NCBI RefSeq assembly: GCF_001194135.2
Contig: NC_069008.1
Location: 5,442,717 to 5,475,467 of the forward strand
Direction: 5' to 3'
DNA length: 32,751 nucleotides
Source of the DNA: Octopus bimaculoides
Lineage: Eukaryota
How positions within the stretch are numbered: the first letter of the stretch is position 1; every line of letters begins with the position of its first letter. Below the pieces are notes generated by a model that did not search any database, had not been told where the DNA came from, and saw only the letters and a program-made list of their open reading frames with translations. The position numbers and the translations under genes are program-made. Of this stretch, positions 14,690 through 28,200 are shown piece after piece.

Positions 14690-17600
14690 GTACGTACGAA
14701 GCAACGAACATATGTACGTATGAACGAACGAACAATCGTACGAACGAACGAACAAACGATCAAACGTACGTACGAATGAACGAAATAACGAACGCATGAA
14801 CGAATGAAATATCGAACGAACGTATGTACGAACGTATTGTACGAACGAACGTGGGCATGTACGTACGAACGAAGGCATGAACAAACGAAAGAACGAATGA
14901 GCAAACGTACGTACGAACGAGTGAACGTAAGTACGTACGAACGAACAAACGAATGAACGAAAGAAAAAAAGTACGTAGAAACGAAAATAACAAAGGAATG
15001 ATCGAACGAACGAACGAAAGAATGAACTATGGAACGAACGTACGTACGAACGAACAAAAGTACGAATTAAAGAACGAATGTATGTACGAACGAACAAAAG
15101 TACGAATGAAAGAACGCACGTACGTACGAACGAACGTACGAACGTACGTACGTAGGAACGAAAGANNNNNNNNNNNNNNNNNNNNNNNNNNNNNNNNNNN
15201 NNNNNNNNNNNNNNNNNNNNNNNNNNNNNNNNNNNNNNNNNNNNNNNNNNNNNNNNNNNNNNNNNNNNNNNNNNNNNNNNNNNNNNNNNNNNNNNNNNNN
15301 CGTACGTACGAACGGACGTACGTACGTAGGAACGAAAGAAGGAACAAAAGAACGAACGAACGTAAGAAGGAACGTACGTACGAACGAACGTAGGCATGTA
15401 CGTAAGAACGAACGTACGTACGTAAAAACGACCGAACGAACGTACGTAAGTATGTACGAACGAACGAACGAACAAATGTACGAAAGAACGAACGAAGGAA
15501 CGAACGTTCGTCCGTACGTAGGAAAGAACAAACGAACGTACGTACCTAAGAAAGAACGATCGAACAAACGAACGTATGTACGTAAATACGTACGAACGAA
15601 TGAATGAACGAACGAACTATTGAACGAACGCACGAACGAACGTACGTACGTAAGTACGAGTGAACGAACGAATGAACGAACGTACTAATTACGTAGGCAG
15701 GGAATAAGGAAAGAACGTATGTACGTACAAACGAACAAATGAACGGACGAAGAGATGAACGAACGAACGAACGTACGAACGAACGACCGAACAAAAGAAC
15801 GAATGAACGAACAACCGAACAAAAGAACGAACGAATGTACGTACGAAAGAACGAAGGAATGAATGATCGAACGAACGTACGTTGGTACGAAAAAAGAACG
15901 AACGTACGTACAAAGGAACGTACGTACGAACGTATGTACGAACGAACGAACGATTGAACTAACGAACGAGTGTACGCATGTACGTAAGAGCGAACGAATG
16001 TACGTACGAACGAGTGACCGTACGTACGTACGAACGACCGATCTAACAAACGAATGAACGTACGTACGTACGACCGAACGAAAGTACGTGCGTAAGAAGC
16101 AACGAACGAACGTACGTACGTACGTATGAAGGAACGAACAATCGTACGAATGAACGAACGAACAAACGTACGTACGAATGAACGAACGAACGAAATATCG
16201 AACGAACGGCGATCGATCGGACGTAGGTACGAACGAACGAACGTTCATACGAACGAACGAAAGAACGAACGAAGAAAAAACGAAAGAATGAAAAGTACGA
16301 ATGAAAGAACGAACGTACGTAGGAACGAACGAACGATCGAACGAACGTACGAACAAAAGAACGAACGAACGAACGTACGTAAAAACGATTGAAAGAACGA
16401 ACGTAGTCATGTACGTAAGAACGAACGTACGTACAAACGACCGAACGAACGTATGTACGAACGAACGAACAAATGGACGAAAGAACAAAGGTACGTACGA
16501 ACGAAGGAACGAATGTATATACGTAAGTACGTACGAACGAACGTAAATACGTACGTACGAACGCACGAACGTACGTACGAGTGATCGAACGAAGGAACGA
16601 ACGTTCGTACGTATTACGTAGCCAGGGAATAAGGAAAGAACGTATGTACGTACAAACGAATGAATGAACGTACGAAGGCATGAACGAACACACGAGCAAA
16701 CGTACGTACGTTTGAACGAACGAAAGAACAAAAGAACAAACGAACAAGCGAATGAACGTACGTACGTACGACCGAACGTACGTACGAAGGAACGAACGAA
16801 CGTACGAACGAACAAACGTACGTACGAACGAATGAACGAAATAATGAACGAAATAACGAAGGAACGAACGCATGAACGAACGAAATATCGAACGAACAAA
16901 CGATCGATCGAACGGACGTAGGTACGAACGAACAAACGAACGAACGTTCATACGAACGAACGATCGAACGAACGTACGTAGTTAGGAACGAACGAACGTA
17001 CAAACGAACGAACGTAGGCATGTACGTAGCAACGAACGGACGTACGAACGAACGTAAGTATGTTCGAACGAACGACCAAATGTACGAAAGAACGAACGTA
17101 CGTACGAACGAAGGAACGAACGTTCGTCCGTACATACGTACGTAGGAAAGAACGAACGAACAAACGAACGTACGTACGTGAGAAAGAACGACCGAAGGAA
17201 CGTATGTACGTACGAACGAATGAATGAACGAACGTACGAACGAACAAACAAAGGAACGATCGAACAAACGAACGTACGTAAGTACGAGTGAACGAACGAT
17301 CATGCGTATTACGTAGGCAGGGAATAAGGACGTATGTACGTACAAACGAACGAATGAACGAACGAAGGCATGAACGAACGTAAGAACGAACGAGAAAATG
17401 TACGTACGAACGAACGAACGACCGAACTAACGAACGAACAAACGAAGGAACGAACAAATGAACGAAAAAACGAACAAAAGATCGAACGAACGATCGAACG
17501 TACGAACGAACAAAAGCACGAACGTACGTACAAACGAACGTACGTACGAATGAACGAACGAACGATTGAACGAACGAACGAACGTACGCATGTATGTACG

Positions 17601-18070
17601 AACGAACGTACGTACGAAGGAACGAACGAACGTACTTATGAACGAACGTACGTATGAACGAACGAACAAACGAACAAACGTACGTACGAACGAATGAACG
17701 AACTAACTAACGAACGAACAAACGAAGGAATGAACGAAAGAACGAACTAAAGATCGAACGAACGAACGTACGTACGAACGAACGACCGATCGGACGAACG
17801 AACAAACGTGCGTACGAAAGAACGAATGAACAAACGAAAAAACGAACGAATGAACGCTCGAAAGTTCGAACGAACGAACAAAAGTATGAATGAAAGAACG
17901 AACGTACGTAGGAACGAACGAACGCACGTACGAACGAACACACAAACGAACGAACGTACATACGTAAGAGTGATCGAACGAAGGAACGAACGAATGAACG
18001 AACGAAAGAAGAAACGAACAAACGTACGAACGAAATAACGGAGGAACGAAAGATCTAACGAACGAACGAA
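14690..18070 (+). repeat. Copy A of a ~3.5-kb higher-order tandem duplication within the satellite (boundaries approximate)
   Basis: Rare strings are shared, in the same order, with copy B: GAAAGAAAAAAAGTACGTAGAAACG (14959/18460), GAACTATGGAACG (15024/18528), GTACGTTGGTACG (15877/19501), GTAGTCATGTACG (16403/20071), GTAGCCAGGGAATA (16618/20342) and GCTCGAAAGTTCG (17856/21347). Confidence 0.85.
15166..15300. other. Assembly gap (135 N)
   Basis: Run of N. Confidence 0.99.
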
Positions 18071-18734
18071 CGAACGAACGAACGTGCCTACGACCGAACG
18101 AAGGAACGTACGTACGTACGAAGCAACGAACATATGTACGTATGAACGAACGAACAATCGTACGAACGAACAATCGTACGAACGAACGAACAAACGATCA
18201 AACGTACGTACGAATGAACGAAATAACGAAGGAACGAACGCATGAACGAATGAAATATCGAACGAACGTATGTACGAACGAACGTGGGCATCTACGTAAG
18301 TACAAACGACCGAACGAACGTACGTACGAACGAACGCACGAACGTACGTAAGTATGTATGTACGAACGAACGATCGAACGAACAAATGGACGAAAGAAAT
18401 AAGGAAAGTACGTATGTACGTACGAACGAACTAACGAACGAACAAACGAACGAATGAACGAAAGAAAAAAAGTACGTAGAAACGAACAAAATAACAAAGG
18501 GATGATCGAACGAACGAACGAAAGAATGAACTATGGAACGAACGTACGTACGAACGAACAAAGGTACGAATTAAAGAACGAATGTATGTACGAACGAACA
18601 AAAGTACGAATGAAAGAACGCACGTACGTACGAACGAACGAACGAACGTACGTACGTAAGTACGAGTGAACGAACGAATGAACGAACGTACTAATTACGT
18701 AGGCAGGGAATAAGGAAAGAACGTATGTACGTAT

Positions 18735-19021
18735 NNNNNNNNNNNNNNNNNNNNNNNNNNNNNNNNNNNNNNNNNNNNNNNNNNNNNNNNNNNNNNNNNN
18801 NNNNNNNNNNNNNNNNNNNNNNNNNNNNNNNNNNNNNNNNNNNNNNNNNNNNNNNNNNNNNNNNNNNNNNNNNNNNNNNNNNNNNNNNNNNNNNNNNNNN
18901 NNNNNNNNNNNNNNNNNNNNNNNNNNNNNNNNNNNNNNNNNNNNNNNNNNNNNNNNNNNNNNNNNNNNNNNNNNNNNNNNNNNNNNNNNNNNNNNNNNNN
19001 NNNNNNNNNNNNNNNNNNNNN
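18735..19021. other. Assembly gap (287 N)
   Basis: Run of N. Confidence 0.99.
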
Positions 19022-19682
19022 GTCCGTACGTAGGAAAGAACAAACGAACGTACGTACCTAAGAAAGAACAAACGAACGTACGTACCTAAGAAAGAACGAT
19101 CGAACAAACGAACGTATGTACGTAAATACGTACGAACGAATGAATGAACGAACGAACTATTGAACGAACGCACGAACGAACGTACGTACGTAAGTACGAG
19201 TGAACGAACGAATGAACGAACGTACTAATTACGTAGGCAGGGAATAAGGAAAGAACGTATGTACGTATAAACGAACAAATGAACGGACGAAGGGATGAAC
19301 GAACGAAAGGACGAACGAGCAAACTAACGAACGAACAAACGAAGGAACGGACGAATGAACGAACGAACGAACGATCGAACGAACGTACGTACGAACGAAC
19401 GACCGAACAAAAGTACGAATGAACGAACGACCGAACAAAAGAACGAATGAACGAACGAATGTACGTACGAAAGAACGAAGGAATGAATGATCGAACGAAC
19501 GTACGTTGGTACGAAAAAAGAACGAACGTACGTACGAACGTATGTACGAACGAAGAACGATTGAACTAACGAACGAGCGTACGCATGTACGCACGAACGA
19601 ACGAATGTACGTACGAACGAGTGACCGTACGTACGTACGAACGACCGATCTAACAACGAACAAACGAATGAACGTACGTACG

Positions 19683-19692
19683 NNNNNNNNNN
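19683..19692. other. Assembly gap (10 N) with duplicated flanks
   Basis: 19636-19682 is repeated identically at 19693-19739 (47 bp). Confidence 0.97.
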
Positions 19693-21268
19693 TACGAACG
19701 ACCGATCTAACAACGAACAAACGAATGAACGTACGTACGTACGACCGAACGAAAGTACGTGCGTAAGAAGCAACGAACGAACGAACGTACGTACGTACGT
19801 ATGAAGGAACGAACAATCGTACGAAGGAACGAACGAACAAACGTACGTACGAACGAATGAACGAACGAACGAAATATCGAACGAACGGCGATCGATCGGA
19901 CGTAGGTACGAACGAACGAACGTTCATACGAACGAACGAAGAAAAAAACGAAAGAATGAAAAGTACGAATGAAAGAAGGAACGTACGTAGGAACGAACGA
20001 ACGATCGAACGAACGTACGAACAAAAGAACGAACGAACGAACGTACGTAAAAACGATTGAAAGAACGAACGTAGTCATGTACGTAAGAACGAACGTACGT
20101 ACAAACGACCGAACGAACGTATGTACGAACGTACGTATGTACGGACGAAGGAACAAATGGACGAAAGAACAAAAGTACGTACGAACGAAGGAACGAACGT
20201 TCGTCCGTACGTACGTAAGAAAGAACGATCGAACAAATGTATATACGTAAGTACGTACGAACGAACGTACATACGTACGTACGAACGAACGTACGTAATT
20301 ACGAGTGATCGAACGAAGGAACGAACGTTCGTACGTATTACGTAGCCAGGGAATAACGAAAGAACGTATGTACGTACAAACGAACGAATGAACGTACGAA
20401 GGCATGAACGAACACACGAGCAAACGTACGTAAGAACGAGTGAACGTACGTACGTTTGAACGAACGAAAGATCGAACGAACGAAAGAACAAAAGAACGAA
20501 CAAGCGAATGAACGTACGTACGTACGACCGAACGTACGTACGACCGAACGTACGTACGAAGGAACGAACGAACGTACGAACGAACAAACAAAGGAACGAT
20601 CGAACAAACGAACGTACGTAAGTACGAGTGAACGAACGAATGAACGAACGATCATACGTATTACGTAGGCAGGGAATAAGGACGTATGTACGTACAAACG
20701 AACGAATGAACGAACGAAGGCATGAACGAACGTAAGAACGAACGAGCAAATGTACGTACGAATGAGTGAACGTACATACGTACGAACGACCGAACGACCG
20801 AACTAACGAACGAACGACCGAACTAACGAACGAACAAACGAAGGAACGAACAAATGAACGAAAAAACGAACAAAAGATCGAACGAACGATCGAACGTACG
20901 AACGAACGACCGAACAAAAGAACGAATGAACGAACGAACGTACGTACGAAAGAACAAAAGCACGAACGTACGTACAAACGAATGAACGTATGTACGAACG
21001 AACGAACGTACGCATGTATGTACGAACGAACGTACGTACAAAGCAACGAACGAACGTACGTATGAACGAACGTACGTATGAACGAACGTACGTATGAACA
21101 AACGAACAATCGTACGAACGTACGAACGAACAAACGATCAAACGTACGTACGAACGAACAAACGAAGGAATGAATGAAAGAACGAACTAAAGATCGAACG
21201 AACGAACGTACGTACGAACGAACGACCGATCGGACGAACGAACAAACGTGCGTACGAAAGAACGAATG

Positions 21269-21278
21269 NNNNNNNNNN
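21269..21278. other. Assembly gap (10 N) with duplicated flanks
   Basis: 21228-21268 is repeated identically at 21279-21319 (41 bp). Confidence 0.97.
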
Positions 21279-24200
21279 GATCGGACGAACGAACAAACGT
21301 GCGTACGAAAGAACGAATGAACAAACGAAAAAACGAACGAATGAACGCTCGAAAGTTCGAACGAACGAACACACGTAGAACGAACGTACGTACGAAAGAA
21401 CGAACGAACGAACGAAGAAAAGAGCAAACGAACGAACAAAAGTATGAATGAAAGAACGAACGTACGTAGGAACGAACGAACGCACGTACGAACGAACACA
21501 CAAACGAACGAACGTACATACGTAAGAGTGATCGAACGAAGGAACGAACGAACACACAAACGAACGAACGTGCATACGTAAGAGTGATCGAACGAAGGAA
21601 CGAACGAATGAACGAACGAAAGAAGAAACGAACAAACGTACGAACGAATTAACGGAGGAACGAAAGATCTAACGAACGAACGAACGAACATACGTACGAA
21701 CGAACGAATGAACAAAAAACGAATGAACGAACGAAAGTACGTACGAACGAACGAGCGAACATACGTACGTACGTAGGAACGAACGCACGAACGAAGAAAA
21801 AAACGAATGAACGAACGAACGTACGTACGAAAGAACGATTGGAGGAACTGACGTACTCATGTACGTAAGAACGAACGAACGTACGTTCGAACGAACGAAC
21901 GTACGTTCGAACGAACGAACAAACGAACGTACGTACGACCGAACGTACGTATTACGTAGGCAGGGAATAAGGAAAGAACGTATGTACTTACAAACGAACG
22001 AAGGTATGAACGAAAGAACGTACGACCATACGAACGATTGAACGAGCAAACGAACGTACGTACGTACGAAGCAGCGAACAAACGAACGTACGTATGTACG
22101 TACGTACGAACGAACGATCGAACGAACAAACGTGCGTACGAAAGAACGAATGAACAAACGAAAAAACGAACGAATGAACGCTCGAAAGATCGAACGAACG
22201 AACGTACGAAAGAACGAACTTACGAACGAATGAAGAAAAGAACGAAAGAACGAACAAAAGTATGAATGAAAGAACGAACATACGTAGGAACGAAAGAACG
22301 AACAAGAATTAACGAACGTACGTACGAACGAACGATTGAACGAACGAACGTAGGCATGTACGTAAGAACGAACGTACGTACGTACAAACGACCGAACGAA
22401 CGAACGTACGTATGTACGAACGATCGAACGAACAAATGGACGAAAGAACAAAGGTACGTACGAACGAAGGAAGGAACGTTCGTCCGTACGTACGTAAGAA
22501 AGAACGATCGAACGAACGAACGTATGTATGTTAGTACGTACGAACTATTGAACGAACGAACGTACGTACGAACGCTCGTACAAACGAACGAACGTACGTA
22601 CGAGTGAACGAACGAATGTTCGTACGTATTACGTAGGCAGGGAATAAGGAAAGAACGTATGTACGTACGAACGAATGAACGAGCAAACGTACGAACGACC
22701 GAACTAACGAGCTAACGAACGAAAGATCGAAAAAACGATCGAACGTACCTGCGAACGAACGAACAAAAGAACGAATGATCGAACGAGCGTCTGTTCGAAC
22801 GAACGAAAAAATAACGAACGTACATACGAACGAACGAACAATCGTACGAACGAACAAACGATCAAACGTACGTACGAACGAATGAACGACCGAACGAAAT
22901 AACGAACGCATTAATGAACGAAATATCGAACGAATGAACGAACGATCGATCGAAAGGACGTAGGTACGAACAAACGAACGAACGAACGTACGTAGGTACG
23001 AGCGAACGAACGATCGAACGTACGTACGTACGAATGAACGAACGTACAAACGAACGTAGGCATGTACGTAAAAACGAACGTACGTACGTAAAAACGATCG
23101 AACGAACCTACGTACGAACGAACGAACAAACGTACGAAAGAACGAATGTACGTGCGAACGAAGGAACGTACGTTCGTGAGTACGTACGTAGGAAAGAACG
23201 AACGAACAAACGAACGTACGTACGAAAGAAAGAACGAGCGAGCGAACGTATGTACGTAAGTACGTACGAACAAATGAATGAACGAACGAACGTACGTACG
23301 TATGTACGAACGAAAGAACGTACGTACGAACGAACAAACGAACGAACAAGGAAACGTACGAACGAGTGAACGTACGTACGTACGAACGAACGAAAGATCG
23401 AAGGAACGAAAGAACGTACGTGCGAACGAACAAAAGAACGAACGAACGTACGTACGAATAAAATAATGAACGAACATACGTACGAACGAACGTATGTACG
23501 AACGAACGAACGACCGAACTAACGAACGAACAAGCGAATGAACGTACGTACGTACGACCGAACGAACGTACGTACAAAGCAACGAACTAACGAACGTACG
23601 TACATATGAACGAACGAACAATCGAACGAACGAACGAATGAACGACCAAAGGTACGTACGAACGAATGAACGACCGAACGAACGAAATAACAACGCATGA
23701 ATGAACGAAATATCGAACGAACGATCGATCGAAAGGACGTATGTACGAACAAACGAACGAAGGAATGAATGAACGAATGATCGAACGTACATAGGTACGA
23801 ACGAACGAATGAACGTTCATACGAACGAACGTACGTACGAATGAACGTACGTACGAACGATTGAACGAACGAACGTACGTGCGTAAAAACGATCGAACGA
23901 ACCTACGTACGAACGAACGATCGAACGAACAAATGTACGAAAGAACGAACGTTCCTCAGTACCTACGTACGTAGGAAAGAACGTACGAACAAACGAACGT
24001 ACGTACGTAAGAAAGAACGATCGAACGTATGTACGTACGAACAAATGAATGAACGAACGAACGTACGTACGTATGTACTAACGCACGAACGAACGTACAA
24101 ACTCACGAACGAACGTACGTACGAACGAATAAACGAACGTAAGTACGAGTGAACGAACGAACGATCGTACGTATTACGTAGGCAGAGAATAAGGAAAGAA

Positions 24201-25263
24201 CGTATGTACGTACAAACGAACGAATGAACGAACGAAGGCATGAACGAACGAAAGAACAAACGAGCAGACGTACGTACGAACGAGTGAACGTACGAACGAC
24301 CGAACTAACGAACGAACAAACGAAAAAACGAATGAACGTACGTAGGAACGTAGGAACGAACGTAAGTACGAACGAACGTACGCATGTACGTACGAACGAG
24401 TGAACGTACATACGAACGAGTGAATGTACGTACGTTCGAACGACCGAACTAACGAACAAACGAATGAACGTACGTACGTACGACCGAACGAACGTACGTA
24501 CGTACGAAGCAACGAACGAACGAACGTACGTATGAACGAATGAACAATAGTATGAACGAAATACCGAAGGAACGAACGCATGAACGAACAAAATTTCGAA
24601 CGAACGTTCATACGAACGAACGAACGGACGATCGAACGGACGATCGAACGAACGTACGTACGAATGAACAAACGAATACACGTACGTACGTAAGACCGAA
24701 CGAACGTACATACGTACGATGCAAGGAACGATCGAACGTACGTATGAACTAGCTTATGTACGTACGAACCAAGGAACGAAAGAAGAAACGAACAAACGTA
24801 CGTACGAAGCAACGAACGAACGAACGTACGTATGAACGAACGTACGAACGAAATATCGAACGAACGACCGATCGATCGAACGTAGGTACGAACGAACGAA
24901 TGTACGAACGTTCATACGAACGAACGCACGTTCATACTGACGAACGAACGAACGTACGTATGTACGAACTAACGAACGAATGAACGAACGTACGTACGAC
25001 CGAGTGAAGGTACATACGTACGAACGAACGATCAAATGAATACACGTACGTACGTACGACCGAACGTACGCACGAAGCAAGGAACGAACGAACGTACGAA
25101 CTAGCGTAAGTTCGTACGTACTATCGAACGAAAGAAGAAACGAACAAACGTACGTACGAACGAATGAACATACGTAAGAATGAACAAAGAAAAGAACGAA
25201 TTAACGAACGAACGAACGATTGGACGAACGGACGTACGCATGTACATAAGAACGAACGAACGT

Positions 25264-28200
25264 ACGTTTGTTTGTTCGTACTACGTACGTTCATTCGTTC
25301 GTTCGTACATACGTACGTACGTTCTTTCGTACATACGTCCGTTGGTTCGTTCCTACGGACGAACGTTCGTTCGTTCATTCGTACGTACGTTTGATCCTTT
25401 GTACGATTGTTCGTTCGTTGCTTCGTACGTACGTACACTCGTACATACGTTCATTTGTTCGTTCGTTGCTTCGTACGTACGTACACTCGTACATACGTTC
25501 ATTTGTTCGTTCGTTAGTACGTACACTCGTTTGTACGTACGTTTGCTCGTTCGTACGTTCATTAGTACGTACATACGTTCTTTCCTTATTCCCTGCCTAC
25601 GTAATACGTACGAACGTTCGTTCATTCGTACGTACGTTCGTTTATTCGTACGTACGTTCGATCGTTCTTTCTTACGTACGTACGTTCGTTTGTTCTTTCC
25701 TACGTACGTACGTTCTTTCGTCCATTTGTGTGTTCGATCGTTCGTTCGTACATACTTACGTACGTTCGTTTGTTCGTACGTACGTTCTTACGTACATGCC
25801 TACGTTCGTTCGTTCGTTCGTTCGTACGTACGTTCGCTTGTTTGTTTCTTCGTATGTACTTACGTTCTATCGTTCTTTCTTACGTACTTACGTTCGTTTT
25901 TTCTTTCCTACGTACGTACGGACGAACGTTCGTACATAAGTTCGCTCTTTCGTCCATTTATTCGTTCGATCGTTCGTACATACTTACGTACGTTCGGTCG
26001 TTTGTACGTACGTACGTTCGTTCTTACGTACATGCCTAAGTTCGTTCGTTTAATCGTTTAATCTTTAATCGTTCGTACGTTCTTTCGATCGTTTGTTCTT
26101 CCATTCGTACTTTTGTTCGTTCGTTCTTTGCTTCGTACGTACGTACGTTCGTTTGCTCTTTCAATCGTACGTACATACGTTCTTTCCTTATTCCCTGCCT
26201 ACATAATACGTACGTACGTTCGTTCATTCGGTCGTACGTACGTACGTTCTTACGTACATGTGTACTTCCGTTCGTCCAATCGTTCGTTCTTTTGTTTGTT
26301 CGTTAGATCTTTCGTTCGTACGTATGTACGTACGTTTGATCGTTCGTTCGTTAGTTCTTGCCTTTGTTCGTTCGTACGTACATACGTTCTTTCCTTATTC
26401 CCTGCCTACGTAATACGTACGAACGTTCGTTCATTTGTTCGTTCTTTCTTACGTACGTTCGTTTGTTCCTTCCTACGTACGTACATAGAACGTTCGGTCT
26501 TTAGTCCATTTGTTCGTTTCATATTTCATTCGTTCGTTCTTTTGTTTATTCCTTCGTTGTTTCGTACGTTCGTTTGCTCGTTCAATTGTTCGTTCGTTCG
26601 TTCTTTCGTTAGTTCGTTCGTACGTACGTTCACTCGTTCGTACGTACGTTCGCTCACTCGTACGTTCGTTCGTTCTATCGTTCCTTCTTACGTATGTACG
26701 TGAGTTTGTTCGTTCGTTTTTTCCTACGTACGTACGTTCGCTCTTTCGTCCATTTATTCGTTCGATCGTTCGTACATACGTTCGGTCGTTTGTACGTACG
26801 TTCGTTCTTACGTACATGCCTACGTTCGTTCGTACGTTCGTTCTTTCATTCGTACTTTTGTTCGTTCGTACGAACTAACGTAAGTACGATACTTACGCTA
26901 GTTCGTACGTACGTACGTTCGGTCGTACGTACGTACGTGTATTCTTTTGATCGTTCTTTAGTTCGTTCGTACCTATGTACGTACGTACGTTTGATCATTC
27001 GTTCGTTCGTTCATGCCTTTGTTCGTAAGTACATACGTTCTTTCCATATTCCCTGCCTACGTAATACGTACGTACGTTCGTTCATTCTTACGTACATGCG
27101 TTCGTTCTTACGTACGTACGTATGTTCGTTCGATCGTTAGTTCATTCGTTCGGTCGTACGTATGTTCGTTTATTCGTTGGAAATTTCGTTCATTCGTTTC
27201 TTCTTTTGTTCGTATTCACGCTAGTTCGTACGTTCGTTCCTTTCTTCGTACGTACGTTTGTTCGGTCTTACGTACGTACGTGTATTCTTTTGATCGTTCG
27301 TTCGTTCGTACGTACGTTCACTCGTTCGTACGTTTGATCGTTCATGCCTTTGTTTGTTCGTTTGTACGTACATACGTTCTTTCCTTATTCCCTGCCTACG
27401 TAATACGTACGTACGTTCGTTCATTCGTTCGGTTGTACGTACTTACATACGTTCGTTTGTTCATTCGTACGTACGTTCATTCATTCTTGCATACGTACGT
27501 TCGTTCGTTCGTACGTACGTTAGTTAGTTCGTACGAACATTCGTTCGATCATTCTATCTTTCGTTCGTTCTTTCCTTCGTTCGTGCGTTCGTACGTATGT
27601 TCGTTCGTTAGCTCGACCGTACGTAGGGATGTATGTACGTACCTTCGTTCGATCGTTCGTTCTTTCTTTCGTTCATTTCGTCCGTTCGCTCGTTCGTACG
27701 TCCGCCCGTTCGTTGTATGTAAGTACCTTTCTTCGGTCGGTCGTACGTCCGGACGTATGTACGTGCGTTGCTTTGTTCGTTCGTTTGTACGTACGTTCGT
27801 TCGATCCTTCTTTCGTTCGTACGTACGTTCGTTCATTCGTTCGCTCGTACATACGTACGTACGTTTGATCGTTCTTTCGTTGCTTCGTACGTACGTAGGT
27901 TCGTTCGGTCGTACGTTCATTCGTTTGTTGGTTCGTTAGTTCAGTCGTTCGTACGTACGTTCATTCGTTCTTTTGTTCGTTCGATCATTCGTTTGTTCGT
28001 TCATTCGCTCGTACGTACGTTCACTCTTTCGTACGTCTGCTCGTTCGTTCGTGCGTACATAGTTCTTTCCTTATTCCCTGCCTACGTAATACGTACGAAC
28101 GTTCGTTCCTTCGTTCGTTCACTCGTACGTACCTACGTACGTTCTTACATACGTTCGTCCGTACCTACGTTCGTTCTTTCTTACGTACGTTCGTTCTTTC

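Larger units (their letters stand above)
18100..21690 (+). repeat. Copy B of the ~3.5-kb higher-order tandem duplication (boundaries approximate)
   Basis: Same diagnostic strings as copy A, at offsets of about 3.35-3.72 kb. It contains three N gaps. Confidence 0.83.
1..25263 (+). repeat. Complex tetranucleotide-based satellite (AACG/TACG lattice), A-rich orientation; probably continues beyond the left edge of the window
   Basis: Continuous mixture of AACG and TACG words with single-base variants (AATG, AACA, AAAG, TATG, TACA, GACC, GATC) and recurring longer modules. It translates as TNER/TYVR on + and FVRS/YVRT on -, as expected for 4-nt periodicity. Confidence 0.98.

Noticed and set aside
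19636-19739. 47-bp direct repeat flanking a 10-N gap
   Set aside because: Identical flanks around a minimal-size gap are typical of unmerged contig overlaps, so this is most likely an assembly artefact.
21228-21319. 41-bp direct repeat flanking a 10-N gap
   Set aside because: Same unmerged-overlap pattern; the paralogous site at 17788 has one copy.
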